Source of the DNA: Nostoc punctiforme PCC 73102
GTDB taxonomy: Bacteria; Cyanobacteriota; Cyanobacteriia; Cyanobacteriales; Nostocaceae
NCBI RefSeq assembly: GCF_000020025.1
Contig: NC_010628.1
Location: 5,280,001 to 5,312,000 of the forward strand
Direction: 5' to 3'
DNA length: 32,000 bases
Shown here: positions 1-8,559 of the stretch, one piece after another
How positions within the stretch are numbered: the first letter of the stretch is position 1
Layout: each line of letters opens with the position of its first letter
Notes under the pieces: model-generated
What the model saw: the letters and a program-made list of their open reading frames with translations, nothing else
What the model was told of the DNA's origin: nothing
Database searches by the model: none
Translations under genes and position numbers: made by a program

Positions 1-1643
1 ATAAAAGCAGCATTTACAGCGCCATTTAACGTAAATCTAGAACCGAGAGGAACGTCTACACCACCAGTTAGAAGTAATCCAAAATCAGTATCGAGATTAG
101 CTTCGATCGCTACACCAGCACCTATATAAGGAGATATAAAGAAGGTTCGGTCGCCCACCTCAGCAGAGGCACGAGGGGTAAAATCCAAAGTCAAGGGAAC
201 CAAAAACAGTGTATCATCCCCAAACAGTACCGATGGTCTTACTGATATATTACGTGTCAGACCAATTTTACTGATTACTGCAAAGTTACCATCGCTCAAA
301 GCTGTATCGTTGCCGCTCAAACCAATGTTACCAGCAACCCCGATATAGCTAGGTCCACCAAGAGTAGTTCTACCTGGTCTAACACTAGGTGTTGTTCCAT
401 CTGCATTTCCTGTTGGTGGTTGATTTAACTGACTGATGTTAACATCAGGCGGGACAAGGACTTGGTTAATTGCATGGATAACACCATTGCTAGCTTTAAC
501 ATCCGCCTGGATGACTCTGGCATTATTCACTGAGATTTGATTGCTAGCGCGATCGATTTGAATATTTACAGGCTTTTCTTCAGCAGTTTGCAGTTCCCCA
601 GCCGCGAGTTGACTAGAAGTGACTGCACCAGGAACCACATGGTATGTCAAAATCTTAATCAATGCTTGTCTATTTTCTGGTTGCTGTAACTGCTGTAAGG
701 TAGCAGCAGGTAAAGCAGCAAATGCTTGATCGGTGGGAGCGAAGACTGTATAAGGGCCTGGCTGTTGAAGAACATCTGTTAAGCCGGCTGCCTTTAATAA
801 AGAAGTCAGAGTTGTAAGAGAACTACTGGATGAAGCAAGAGTGACAATATCGCTACCAGTTTGAGTCCCACCAACAATATACTGACTAGCTGGAAGATTG
901 CTAGCAATGGGTTGTACTCGTCCCTGTTTAGCCAAAGCTTGATATAAGAGTGCCGCAACTTCAGCACGAGTTAGAGGTTGTTGGGGATTGAGTTGTTTTA
1001 CATCTGGGTAATTAACAACAATATTAGATTGTGTTGCAGTAGTAACACTGGCAATGGCATACTGCGGGATACTTGAAGCGTCGGTGTAGTAGGTGCTGAG
1101 GTCAGTACTGGCTCCGGTGTTACTAGCAGTTAAGCCCAAACCACTCGTTAAAGCAACGATCGCCTGTACCTTGGGTATTTGTTGATTTGGCGAAAACACG
1201 TTCCCAGGATAGCCTGCCAAAAATCCAGTTTCGTAGGCGTATTGAATTGGAGAAATTGCCCAATAACCAGCAGGAACATCACGAAATCCACCTGCGCTTA
1301 ATTGCCGAACTCGGTTTTGGTTAGGGAAAGCTTTTTGAATCAGGGCAGCAAATTCAGCACGAGTCACGGCTTGATTTGGTCTGAAGCTGCCATCAGGAAA
1401 GCCAGCAATCACATTATTGTCAGCTAGGGCTTGAATGAAGGGACGCGCCCAATAATCTGAAGAAACATCAGACAAGTTTACTGTTGAAGTTGGCGATGGT
1501 GTTGCAGGGGATGGTGTCTCAGATGGAACGGTATTTTGAGATGAAGCTGGGGTAGAAATTACGATGGGAGTTATTGTAGCAGCTGTCATTCCCAGAACTA
1601 GTAAAGCAACCCTTGCTGATGGCCAACGAAAAAAACTAAACAT
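1..1643 (-). CDS. Exported SLH-domain / fasciclin (FAS1) domain protein with a C-terminal beta-barrel-like region; the 3' end runs off the window
   Basis: Absent from the ORF track because the frame is open at the window edge. Hand translation from ATG at 1643, which has an AGAGGA SD-like motif about 8 nt upstream. It gives MFSFFRWPSARVALLVLGMTAA (signal peptide) and a P/S/T linker. Three SLH-like repeats follow: DYWARPFIQALADNNVIAGFPDGSFRPNQAVTRAEFAALI; GYWAISPIQYAYETGFLAGYPGNVFSPNQ; IPQYAIASV..LTRAEVAALLYQAL. FAS1 motifs follow: PYTVFAPTDQAFAALP, LTYHVVPG, SNGVIHAINQVLVP. The last part is a Gly-rich segment with alternating hydrophobics (FISPYIGAGVAIEA, GLLLTGGVDVPLGSRFTLNGAVNAAF). Confidence 0.8.
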   Translation of the reverse strand, partial: MFSFFRWPSARVALLVLGMTAATITPIVISTPASSQNTVPSETPSPATPSPTSTVNLSDVSSDYWARPFIQALADNNVIAGFPDGSFRPNQAVTRAEFAALIQKAFPNQNRVRQLSAGGFRDVPAGYWAISPIQYAYETGFLAGYPGNVFSPNQQIPKVQAIVALTSGLGLTASNTGASTDLSTYYTDASSIPQYAIASVTTATQSNIVVNYPDVKQLNPQQPLTRAEVAALLYQALAKQGRVQPIASNLPASQYIVGGTQTGSDIVTLASSSSSLTTLTSLLKAAGLTDVLQQPGPYTVFAPTDQAFAALPAATLQQLQQPENRQALIKILTYHVVPGAVTSSQLAAGELQTAEEKPVNIQIDRASNQISVNNARVIQADVKASNGVIHAINQVLVPPDVNISQLNQPPTGNADGTTPSVRPGRTTLGGPSYIGVAGNIGLSGNDTALSDGNFAVISKIGLTRNISVRPSVLFGDDTLFLVPLTLDFTPRASAEVGDRTFFISPYIGAGVAIEANLDTDFGLLLTGGVDVPLGSRFTLNGAVNAAF

Positions 1644-2250
1644 AGAAATATCCTCTTTTGAAATTCTTGGATTGATTATTGGAAAATACTGGGTGCAAGG
1701 TTAAGTTAATACAAATATCCAGATGAGTGCTTGGTTTACATCGATATATGGATGGGAACCCCAAATACAACCGTTAACTCTGGAAAATCAAAATGTTGGA
1801 CATTATGAGTAGCTGCTCTGACATCTCATCAAATTTATCCAAATGTTCACCACAAATAGTATTATATTCCTATTTGATTTTTAAAGAACTGCAGATAACA
1901 CTAATAACGATAATCAGTGATTCTGTGGTAATATCCTACGTTGCAAGAATAAACATCCTTAATCCAGACAGACGATTTTATCAGTTCTAAAATCGCCGTC
2001 AAGCAGTAAGAAAATTGGCTTTTAATAGCCGTTTCTTTATAATTACCGACGAGGGTTAATACCGTCAAGCTCAATGCATCAGGATCTTTGATAAGGTTTA
2101 AGAAGTAGCAATGTATGTTGACGATATGATGTATTATTAGCCTTTAATCGAGATTATACAACTAACTAATGGCTAGATTACGATAAAAAACTTTCACCCT
2201 TTAGATAGTTGTCCTTGATAGAAGAAATTCTCATACTAGACTGGAGATTA

Positions 2251-2258
2251 GCGATCGC
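2251..2258. repeat. HIP1 octamer GCGATCGC. This is one representative of dozens of copies across the window (for example also 2646-2653).
   Basis: Exact GCGATCGC read directly. The octamer recurs in both coding and intergenic sequence throughout. This over-representation is an established hallmark of many cyanobacterial genomes. Confidence 0.9.
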
Positions 2259-2515
2259 AATCCCAAATTTGGGGCATGATTGCGCCAAGATTTTTACCTC
2301 GGAATTATTCTTTTGCAAAAAACAATTTTATGAAAATCAATCCAAGGATAAACTAGGATTTTTAATAAGGTTCACGCAAACCTACACGCGTAAGGGGAAT
2401 TCATAAATTGCCCCTACCTGAAAATAAAGGTTTCGGGTATTGTTTGCGTAAGTCCTGTTTGAATTTCATAGAAGTGCAACATCTCTTCGCATTTTTAGCC
2501 AGTCACAAGCGTTAC

Positions 2516-5500
2516 TTATCTTTGACTTACCAAATCTGCAATTGAGATTATTAATTCAGTTGGTTTTACTGGTTTGGCAAGATGTTTCTGAAAACCAGCT
2601 GCTAAAACTCGATTGCGATCGCTTTCTCCTGCATAAGCTGTAAGAGCGATCGCCGGAATTTCCCCTCCCTCTTCCTTTGGCATAGCCCTGAGCAGCTTAA
2701 TTAGGCTATAGCCATCCATCTCTGGCATTCCTAAATCACTGATTAATACATCAGGTATGGTCTTGACTATGACAGCTAGCGCCTCAGTTACCGATGCTGC
2801 AACAGTTGTTAGTGCCCCATTCTGTTGTAGGAAGAAGTGCAAAAATTCCCGTGTATCAGCATCATCATCAACAATCAATATCCGTAGTCCGGCGATCGCT
2901 AACGAGTTAAGTTTCTCTCTGCCTTCCCCAGTTTCCTCATCTCCCCTACTCTCTTTCATCACAGGCAGTCTGACAGTAAAAATTGCTCCCTGTCCTTCTC
3001 CTGGACTAGCTGCTGTTACAGTTCCACCATGCAACTCTACCAGGTTGCGAACTATTGCTAATCCCAATCCCAGCCCGCCAAATTTTCTGGTTCTACTGCT
3101 ATCGGCTTGACGAAAATATTCAAATACGTGGGGTAGGAATTCAGGGGAAATCCCTTGTCCAGTGTCTTTAACTTGAATCAGTGCTGAGTGGGAAGCCAAT
3201 TCCCCACTTGATGAGAGGCTGACTTCCACAGATCCGTTAGGGGGAGTGAACTTGACAGCGTTCGAGAGTAAGTTCCCTACAACTTGCTGTAAGCGATAAT
3301 AATCCCCCGACACTTTACCAACATTTGGGTCAAGCTGTATTTTGATCTGGATGGATTTGCTTTCTGCGATTAACCGGACTGTTTCTAATGCAGCATCAAT
3401 TACAGATGCTAGGTTAACAGTGGCAAAAGTCAGGTTCAACTTACCGCGAATAATTCGGGATACATCCAGCAACTCATCAATTAATTTAATCTGCAATTGA
3501 GTATTTCTTTCGATGGTTTCTAAGGCTCGATTAGTAGTAGCTTCATCAAATTTGCGGCTTTTGAGTAGCGATGACCAGCCTAAAATTGGGTTGAGGGGCG
3601 ATCGCAATTCGTGGGAGAGAATGGCGAGAAACTCATCTTTGTTTTGGTTTGCCTGTTTGAGTTCCTCTGTTTGTTGTCTAAGTGTCTGTTCTAATTGCTT
3701 CCTTGGGGTTAAGTCCAGAATAAAACAGATCCAAGATGGCGGATCTTTCTCTACCAAAGCCCCACCAATTAGTATGGGAATACGCGAACCATCTTTGCGG
3801 ATATATTCTTTTTCAAAAGGATTACATACTCCAACCGTTAAAAGTTGCTCTATCCCCTGCTCATCAAGAGCGTGATATTCCGGTGGAGTCATCTGTTTTC
3901 TGCGTACCTTACCTGCTAATAGTTCCTCTCGCGTATAACCCACCATTTCTAAAAAAGCCTCGTTCGCCTCAGTAATATGGTCAGGTGTCGCGAACATAAT
4001 GCCAATAATATTGGAATCAACTAAGCGCCTTAATTGAGTTTCACGCTGGCGCAAATCATTTTCTATTTGTTTGCGTCCAGTAATATCCTGAGCAGTACCC
4101 ATCATTCGACCTGGCTGATCGTCGGCTTCGTAAAAGACACGACCTTTAGCAGCAATCCAATGAATGCTACCATCAGACCAAAGACTGCGGTATTCAATGT
4201 CATACTCAACCTTTTCCTGAAAACAACGAGCGATCGCTTCATTGAGGCGTTGACGATCTTCTGGATGTATGCAGTTGAGGAAAAGCTCATAGCTCATTTC
4301 GACTTCTGGGCCTAGTCCAAATAGCTCCTTACATTTCTCTGTCCAAACTAACTCGTTGGTGGTAATATTCCAAAACCACATACCCAGTTCCGCAGCAGAA
4401 GTGGCTAACCGAATTCGTTCTTCACTCTCGCGCAGGTTTGTTTCAATTTGCTGGCGATCGCGTAGCGCAGCTTGCTGTTCGCGCAGTATAGCTTGCTGTT
4501 CGGTAATATCAGCACTAGCACCAACTACCCTAACTACCTGACCATTTGTATCCCGGACAGCAAAACCCTGGTCTTGCACCCATACATAGCGGCCATCTTT
4601 GTGACGGATTCGATACTCAATGCTATAACGGTTGCCATTGGCCATACTAGCCATGAACTGGTTATTAACTCTTTGTTGGTCATCGGGGTGGATGAGTTGT
4701 TGCCACCACTCGAAGGTAGGTTCAGCTTCTTGTTGGGTGTAGCCCAAAACCTGGGTTAAACCCTGAGTTCTTTCCACACTACTTCTGTGAATTTCCCAGT
4801 CATAGATTAGGCAATTAACCGCCGCAGCTGCTAGCTCAAACCTTTCGTTACTTTGCCGCAGTGAAATTTCTATGTGTCGTCGCTCTGTAATATCAAAAGC
4901 AATGCCTAAAAGATATTTCGGGAATCCCTCAACAGTTCTGCTATGTACAGTGTCATAGCTACAAAACCAACGCCACTCTCCATTAACATGTCGAATGCGG
5001 TACTCAAAACTGAGGACTTCGCCTGGATGGGCAGAATTAAATCTTTCAAAATAAGTAGGGAGTCGAGCCAAATCTTCAGGGTGTAGAAGTTGGGTAAATA
5101 AATCCTTTCCCATTGCCTGGATTTCTGCTGGTGTGTAGCCCCAACCTTGAGCAATTTCGTCATTAACATAAGAATTTCGCTGCTCAATGAGGTCATATAT
5201 GTAAAGTATCCCCGGTAGAGTACCAGCAATTTGTTGGAACAAACGTTGACTATCCCACAGTTGCTGAGATCCATTTACATCTATAACAGAGGCAAGAGGA
5301 ACAATACTTTTAGCTTCTGGCTGCAACCAACTTTCTTCTTCAACTTGTTGAGTATCTTCAGTACAGTTACCTTTTTCCTCAAGTTGTGCCTGCTTAAATT
5401 CTGTAATATCCAAAAAAGTTGTGACGATCGCAAAGGGAGTGTCTACTCCACCTTGGAACAGAGGTTGTGAAGACAGCAATAGCCAGACTAGCTGACCATT

Positions 5501-5833
5501 TGGCTTATAAAAGCCACACACCACATTCAAGCAAGGTTTACCTGTTTTCTGAGCAGCGATCGCTGGGTGAGTTTCGTTAGGTAAAGGAGAGCCATCTTCA
5601 TGAAGAAATTGCCACTTGGAATCGAGCAAGTTCTGCCCTACAAGTTGTTCTGTGGTTAGTCCCAAAATGCGATCGCAAGTTGCATTGCAAGCCTGGATAG
5701 TACCATCCGCCAACTGAAGCACCATTCCCTCTTCTCCACTGGCTAAGAGCGAATAATTTGCTTTTTTACTAACTTGCCGATGCAGCAGCTTTTCATTAGC
5801 CAGCTGGTTTTGGGACTTTTCCGCGTCTGGCAT
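2516..5833 (-). CDS. Hybrid sensor histidine kinase with about five PAS/PAC domains, HisKA, HATPase_c and a C-terminal receiver domain
   Basis: 1105-aa ORF. Repeated PAS/PAC-like blocks (for example YRIRHVNGEWRWF, YRIRHKDGRYVWVQDQG, EYRSLWSDGSIHWIAAKG, EKEYIRKDGSRIPI). H-box is LAILSHELRSPLNPI. N/G boxes are LLSNAVKFTP, DTGQGI, GGLGLGLAIV. Receiver is ILIVDDDADTRE..ISDLGMPEMDG..LTAY..KP. No TM segment is evident, so it is probably cytoplasmic. Confidence 0.92.
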   Translation of the reverse strand: MPDAEKSQNQLANEKLLHRQVSKKANYSLLASGEEGMVLQLADGTIQACNATCDRILGLTTEQLVGQNLLDSKWQFLHEDGSPLPNETHPAIAAQKTGKPCLNVVCGFYKPNGQLVWLLLSSQPLFQGGVDTPFAIVTTFLDITEFKQAQLEEKGNCTEDTQQVEEESWLQPEAKSIVPLASVIDVNGSQQLWDSQRLFQQIAGTLPGILYIYDLIEQRNSYVNDEIAQGWGYTPAEIQAMGKDLFTQLLHPEDLARLPTYFERFNSAHPGEVLSFEYRIRHVNGEWRWFCSYDTVHSRTVEGFPKYLLGIAFDITERRHIEISLRQSNERFELAAAAVNCLIYDWEIHRSSVERTQGLTQVLGYTQQEAEPTFEWWQQLIHPDDQQRVNNQFMASMANGNRYSIEYRIRHKDGRYVWVQDQGFAVRDTNGQVVRVVGASADITEQQAILREQQAALRDRQQIETNLRESEERIRLATSAAELGMWFWNITTNELVWTEKCKELFGLGPEVEMSYELFLNCIHPEDRQRLNEAIARCFQEKVEYDIEYRSLWSDGSIHWIAAKGRVFYEADDQPGRMMGTAQDITGRKQIENDLRQRETQLRRLVDSNIIGIMFATPDHITEANEAFLEMVGYTREELLAGKVRRKQMTPPEYHALDEQGIEQLLTVGVCNPFEKEYIRKDGSRIPILIGGALVEKDPPSWICFILDLTPRKQLEQTLRQQTEELKQANQNKDEFLAILSHELRSPLNPILGWSSLLKSRKFDEATTNRALETIERNTQLQIKLIDELLDVSRIIRGKLNLTFATVNLASVIDAALETVRLIAESKSIQIKIQLDPNVGKVSGDYYRLQQVVGNLLSNAVKFTPPNGSVEVSLSSSGELASHSALIQVKDTGQGISPEFLPHVFEYFRQADSSRTRKFGGLGLGLAIVRNLVELHGGTVTAASPGEGQGAIFTVRLPVMKESRGDEETGEGREKLNSLAIAGLRILIVDDDADTREFLHFFLQQNGALTTVAASVTEALAVIVKTIPDVLISDLGMPEMDGYSLIKLLRAMPKEEGGEIPAIALTAYAGESDRNRVLAAGFQKHLAKPVKPTELIISIADLVSQR

Positions 5834-6162
5834 TCTGTAAAGTTAAATAAATTTAAAGTTAATTTAATATTCAACGGCTTGTACTTACATAAATTTTAGC
5901 CTTATTTCTTCCATTTTTAGGCAAAATATTACTATCTAGTCGGCTTTCCCATTTGTCGATAAGTCTAAATTTAGAAAGCTATCCAGGGAAGGGTATTAAG
6001 ATTATGCCGAATCAACCTCAAGTATAAATAAAGTGATGATTGTTACACGATTAACCTGTACTAATTTTTTAGTTAAAAATTTAAATTTCTTGTGATATAT
6101 TTCTGTAATCTACAATACCCGTGATGTAGATAATATTGTCGGAGATTTTAAAATTTAGTATT

Positions 6163-6279
6163 ATGTCTAGTCAAGAGCCAAATTCTAATCAAGCATTTCA
6201 GCAAACACAGGCTACCGGAACAAGGAAGAAGAGATTACAACCTCCCCCAGACATCAAAAAACCAAAGAAAACCGAATAA
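6163..6279 (+). CDS. Possible small basic peptide (38 aa, below the ORF-track cutoff)
   Basis: Hand translation: ATG at 6163, MSSQEPNSNQAFQQTQATGTRKKRLQPPPDIKKPKKTE, TAA at 6277-6279. A perfect 34-nt palindrome follows 15 nt downstream. There is no clear SD and no homology that I can recognise. Confidence 0.3.
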   Translation: MSSQEPNSNQAFQQTQATGTRKKRLQPPPDIKKPKKTE

Positions 6280-6294
6280 AAGCGTTATAGTCCG

Positions 6295-6328
6295 TTGTAG
6301 AGACTTAATTTAAATTAAGTCTCTACAA
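6295..6328. terminator. Perfect 34-nt palindrome/hairpin (TTGTAGAGACTTAATTT|AAATTAAGTCTCTACAA), a candidate terminator
   Basis: Both arms are exact reverse complements, read directly. It lies between the small + strand ORF and the 3' end of the minus-strand coiled-coil gene pair. It is followed by TTG rather than a long T-run. Confidence 0.5.
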
Positions 6329-6394
6329 TTGTCTAAAAATAAATCAGCTTATACCAATTCTATGTGAAGCGGCATAAAATCAACCTTGATAAAA

Positions 6395-6414
6395 CAAGGA
6401 GCTTAAGCCCCTTG
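6395..6414 (-). terminator. Candidate intrinsic terminator of the coiled-coil gene pair
   Basis: CAAGGAGCTTAAGCCCCTTG forms a CAAGG/CCTTG stem. On the minus strand it is followed by TTTTA. It lies about 30 nt downstream of the stop at 6443. Confidence 0.4.
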
Positions 6415-6442
6415 CTCTATACAACGTCAAAAATAATCGGTA

Positions 6443-7522
6443 TTATTTATTTTTCGCTTGAGTCTTTGCCTGTTCTAAAGCTATTTCTTTAATAGCCTGA
6501 TATGAATTAACATTTGAAGTCCCTTCAATAGCTTTAACTGCCAAATCCTGAACTTGCTTGAGAGCAGATTCAAGTTGTTTAGAAAGATTTTGAATCCGCG
6601 TCTCTTGATTAGTAATAGTTTGTTCTAGAGATTGCAATCTTTGTTCATAGAAACGCTTTTGCCCTTCCACTTCCTTAGAATATAAATCTGATTTTACTTT
6701 CGCCTGGTAATGGGCGATGCCTTTGCCTTCTTCTATAGCTTTTTTGATAGCTGCTTCTTTGTCTTTCGGGAAAGCCTCTACCTTAGCTTTTAATTCTTCA
6801 AATTGTTTCTCTCTCTCAGAAATTGCTTTCTCTCGTTCAGCCCATTGTTTCTCTGTCTCTTGTAGTAATTCTTCTAGTTGTTTATATAGTGCTTTCTGCT
6901 CTTGTTCGTATTCGTCACTTTGCAATTGTCGTTGGAGTTCTAAATTATACTTATACTCTGATGCATCGCGTTGTCGAGTTTTCTTCAAGTTTTCATTCCG
7001 TTCTTTTATCGCCCGTTGCTGTTCTTCCTGTTCTTTTCCCCAAATATTTCTTTGTTCTAGTATTTCTTGGAATAACACTTCGGAACGCTGGTTATATTCT
7101 TCCTGATAAGCTTTTGTATTATCTTCATAAGATTGGATGAGAGTATCCAAGATATCATCAGAAATTTCTAAATTGTGCAACTGTGTTAATTGTTGGATTT
7201 CTTCTTCTAAATTTCGCCTTATTTCTTCTAAATTAGAGGCTTTTGTGGTTAGCTGTTCCGATAATTCATTAGCAGCACTGCCAAAACCTAATTGAATCTT
7301 TGCCAAGCTTTCAATTGTATTGTTCATCTTCTGTTGGACGCTAGAAAGCTGATTCATAGCTATTTTTTGTTCTAATTTAGGCTGTTCTTTAGTTCCAGAC
7401 TGGTTTTCTTTGGCAACTTTTTCAAGTTCCGATTTCAGTGCTGCTTTTTCTTTAGCTAACTCCTCAAACGCCTGAAGAATTTCTACTTTAGTATTCTTAT
7501 CAGTCGGCTTTTTCACCACCAC
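6443..7522 (-). CDS. Coiled-coil-rich protein (CCRP), distal member of a tandem paralog pair; candidate ZacK (Alr4505)-like
   Basis: 359-aa ORF. GTG start at 7522 is preceded by GGAGG 7 nt upstream. The composition is overwhelmingly E/K/Q/L with heptad-like periodicity. There is no TM segment and no catalytic motif. It is colinear with the upstream neighbour (see findings). Confidence 0.85.
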   Translation of the reverse strand: MVVKKPTDKNTKVEILQAFEELAKEKAALKSELEKVAKENQSGTKEQPKLEQKIAMNQLSSVQQKMNNTIESLAKIQLGFGSAANELSEQLTTKASNLEEIRRNLEEEIQQLTQLHNLEISDDILDTLIQSYEDNTKAYQEEYNQRSEVLFQEILEQRNIWGKEQEEQQRAIKERNENLKKTRQRDASEYKYNLELQRQLQSDEYEQEQKALYKQLEELLQETEKQWAEREKAISEREKQFEELKAKVEAFPKDKEAAIKKAIEEGKGIAHYQAKVKSDLYSKEVEGQKRFYEQRLQSLEQTITNQETRIQNLSKQLESALKQVQDLAVKAIEGTSNVNSYQAIKEIALEQAKTQAKNK

Positions 7523-7575
7523 AACAAACCTCCTCTTCAGGAATTAAAAATGGTTAAGATGCTACGGACTCGTAA

Positions 7576-8559
7576 CTATTTAGGGTTAGAACTACCAAAA
7601 GCCCTCATAGCTAAGTCTTGTGCTTGTTTTAATGCAGTTTGCAATTGAGCAGAGATACCTTCTATTTGCTCAGACTGTTTTTTAATTGTTTCTTCCAAAG
7701 ATTGAATTTTTTGCTCATAACTCTGTTTGTTAGATTCCCATTCTCTCTCAAATAAATCAGCCTCAATTTTAGCTTTTTGACTTGTTTCTTTAATTGCTTC
7801 TTCTCTAGCTTTCTTTACGGCTTCTTCCAGTTCGTTAGGAAATGTAGTTACCTTTTGTTCATAGTCTGCAAACAGTGGTTGGCGTTCAGCGAATATCTTT
7901 TCTCGTTCTGCCCAATCTTTCTCTTTCTTTTGAGAATTTTCTTGTATTTCCCTTTGTTGTTGGCGTTTTACCGCTTCGTAGCTATCTGTATTGAGTTTAC
8001 GAGTAGTTTCTAACTTATATTGAGATTCTTCTTGTTCTTGCTGGCGCTCTTTGATTAATAAATCGTTATATTCTTGGAGTTTTTCTTCATACTCAGCTTG
8101 CTCTTTTTGCCATTCTTTACGCCTAGTTGTAATTTCTTTTTCTAGTGCTTCCCTTTTACTAATAGTATCTTGCTCTAAAGTTTTTAATTTTTCTTGATGT
8201 TCTTGACTTAAAATGTCTAGAGTATCCGCTACAACTCTGATTTGTTGAAGCTCTTGTAAGCGTTGAGTTTCAATTTCTATAGCTCGGTTCAATTCATCTA
8301 ACTTAGAATTTTCCTGAGCTAGTTTTTCAGATAACGCATTGAGAATACTGCCAAACTCCAATTGTAAATCAGCTAAACCTTTGACAATACTATCAACCGT
8401 ATATGTAGAAGCTGCTTGCAGAATTTCTTGACTTTTTGCCTTGTCTGCTTCCTCTTGTTTGGTTGCTATTTTAGATTCCAGCTTTTTTCTTTGGATAATA
8501 ATTTGTTGAAATGCTTGCATTAGTTGTTGTTTGCTGTCCTTGACTCCAACTGTAGTCAT
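7576..8559 (-). CDS. Coiled-coil-rich protein (CCRP), proximal member of the tandem paralog pair; candidate ZicK (Alr4504)-like
   Basis: The ORF track gives 7576-8607. I prefer ATG at 8559 (MTTVGVKDSKQQ...) because GGGAG lies about 8 nt upstream, while the 16-aa extension (MACYPINHLPIEGSWK) has no SD. It has the same E/K/Q/L coiled-coil composition and shares blocks with 6443-7522. Confidence 0.85.
   Translation of the reverse strand: MTTVGVKDSKQQLMQAFQQIIIQRKKLESKIATKQEEADKAKSQEILQAASTYTVDSIVKGLADLQLEFGSILNALSEKLAQENSKLDELNRAIEIETQRLQELQQIRVVADTLDILSQEHQEKLKTLEQDTISKREALEKEITTRRKEWQKEQAEYEEKLQEYNDLLIKERQQEQEESQYKLETTRKLNTDSYEAVKRQQQREIQENSQKKEKDWAEREKIFAERQPLFADYEQKVTTFPNELEEAVKKAREEAIKETSQKAKIEADLFEREWESNKQSYEQKIQSLEETIKKQSEQIEGISAQLQTALKQAQDLAMRAFGSSNPK

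Noticed and set aside
1793-2406. ORFs 1793-1990 and 2209-2406 in the AT-rich gap upstream of the SLH/FAS1 gene
   Set aside because: They are short, have no SD, show odd composition and contain a HIP1 site. They are more likely promoter or 3'-UTR DNA. No RNA gene signature was recognised either.
2757-5470. Multiple track ORFs (2757-3110, 3513-3875, 3736-3975, 4034-4315, 4102-4290, 4356-4541, 4472-4759, 4906-5274, 5231-5470) overlapping the 1105-aa kinase gene
   Set aside because: All are antisense or out of frame within a long ORF that has clear PAS, HisKA, HATPase and REC motifs. Their translations are low-complexity or Ser/Cys/Leu-rich with no motifs.
6717-8013. Antisense ORFs 6717-7106, 6823-7140 and 7777-8013 inside the coiled-coil genes
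   Set aside because: The reverse complement of GAA/AAG/CAA-rich coiled-coil coding sequence naturally lacks stops and yields F/S/L/C-rich pseudo-proteins. They have no SD or start context.
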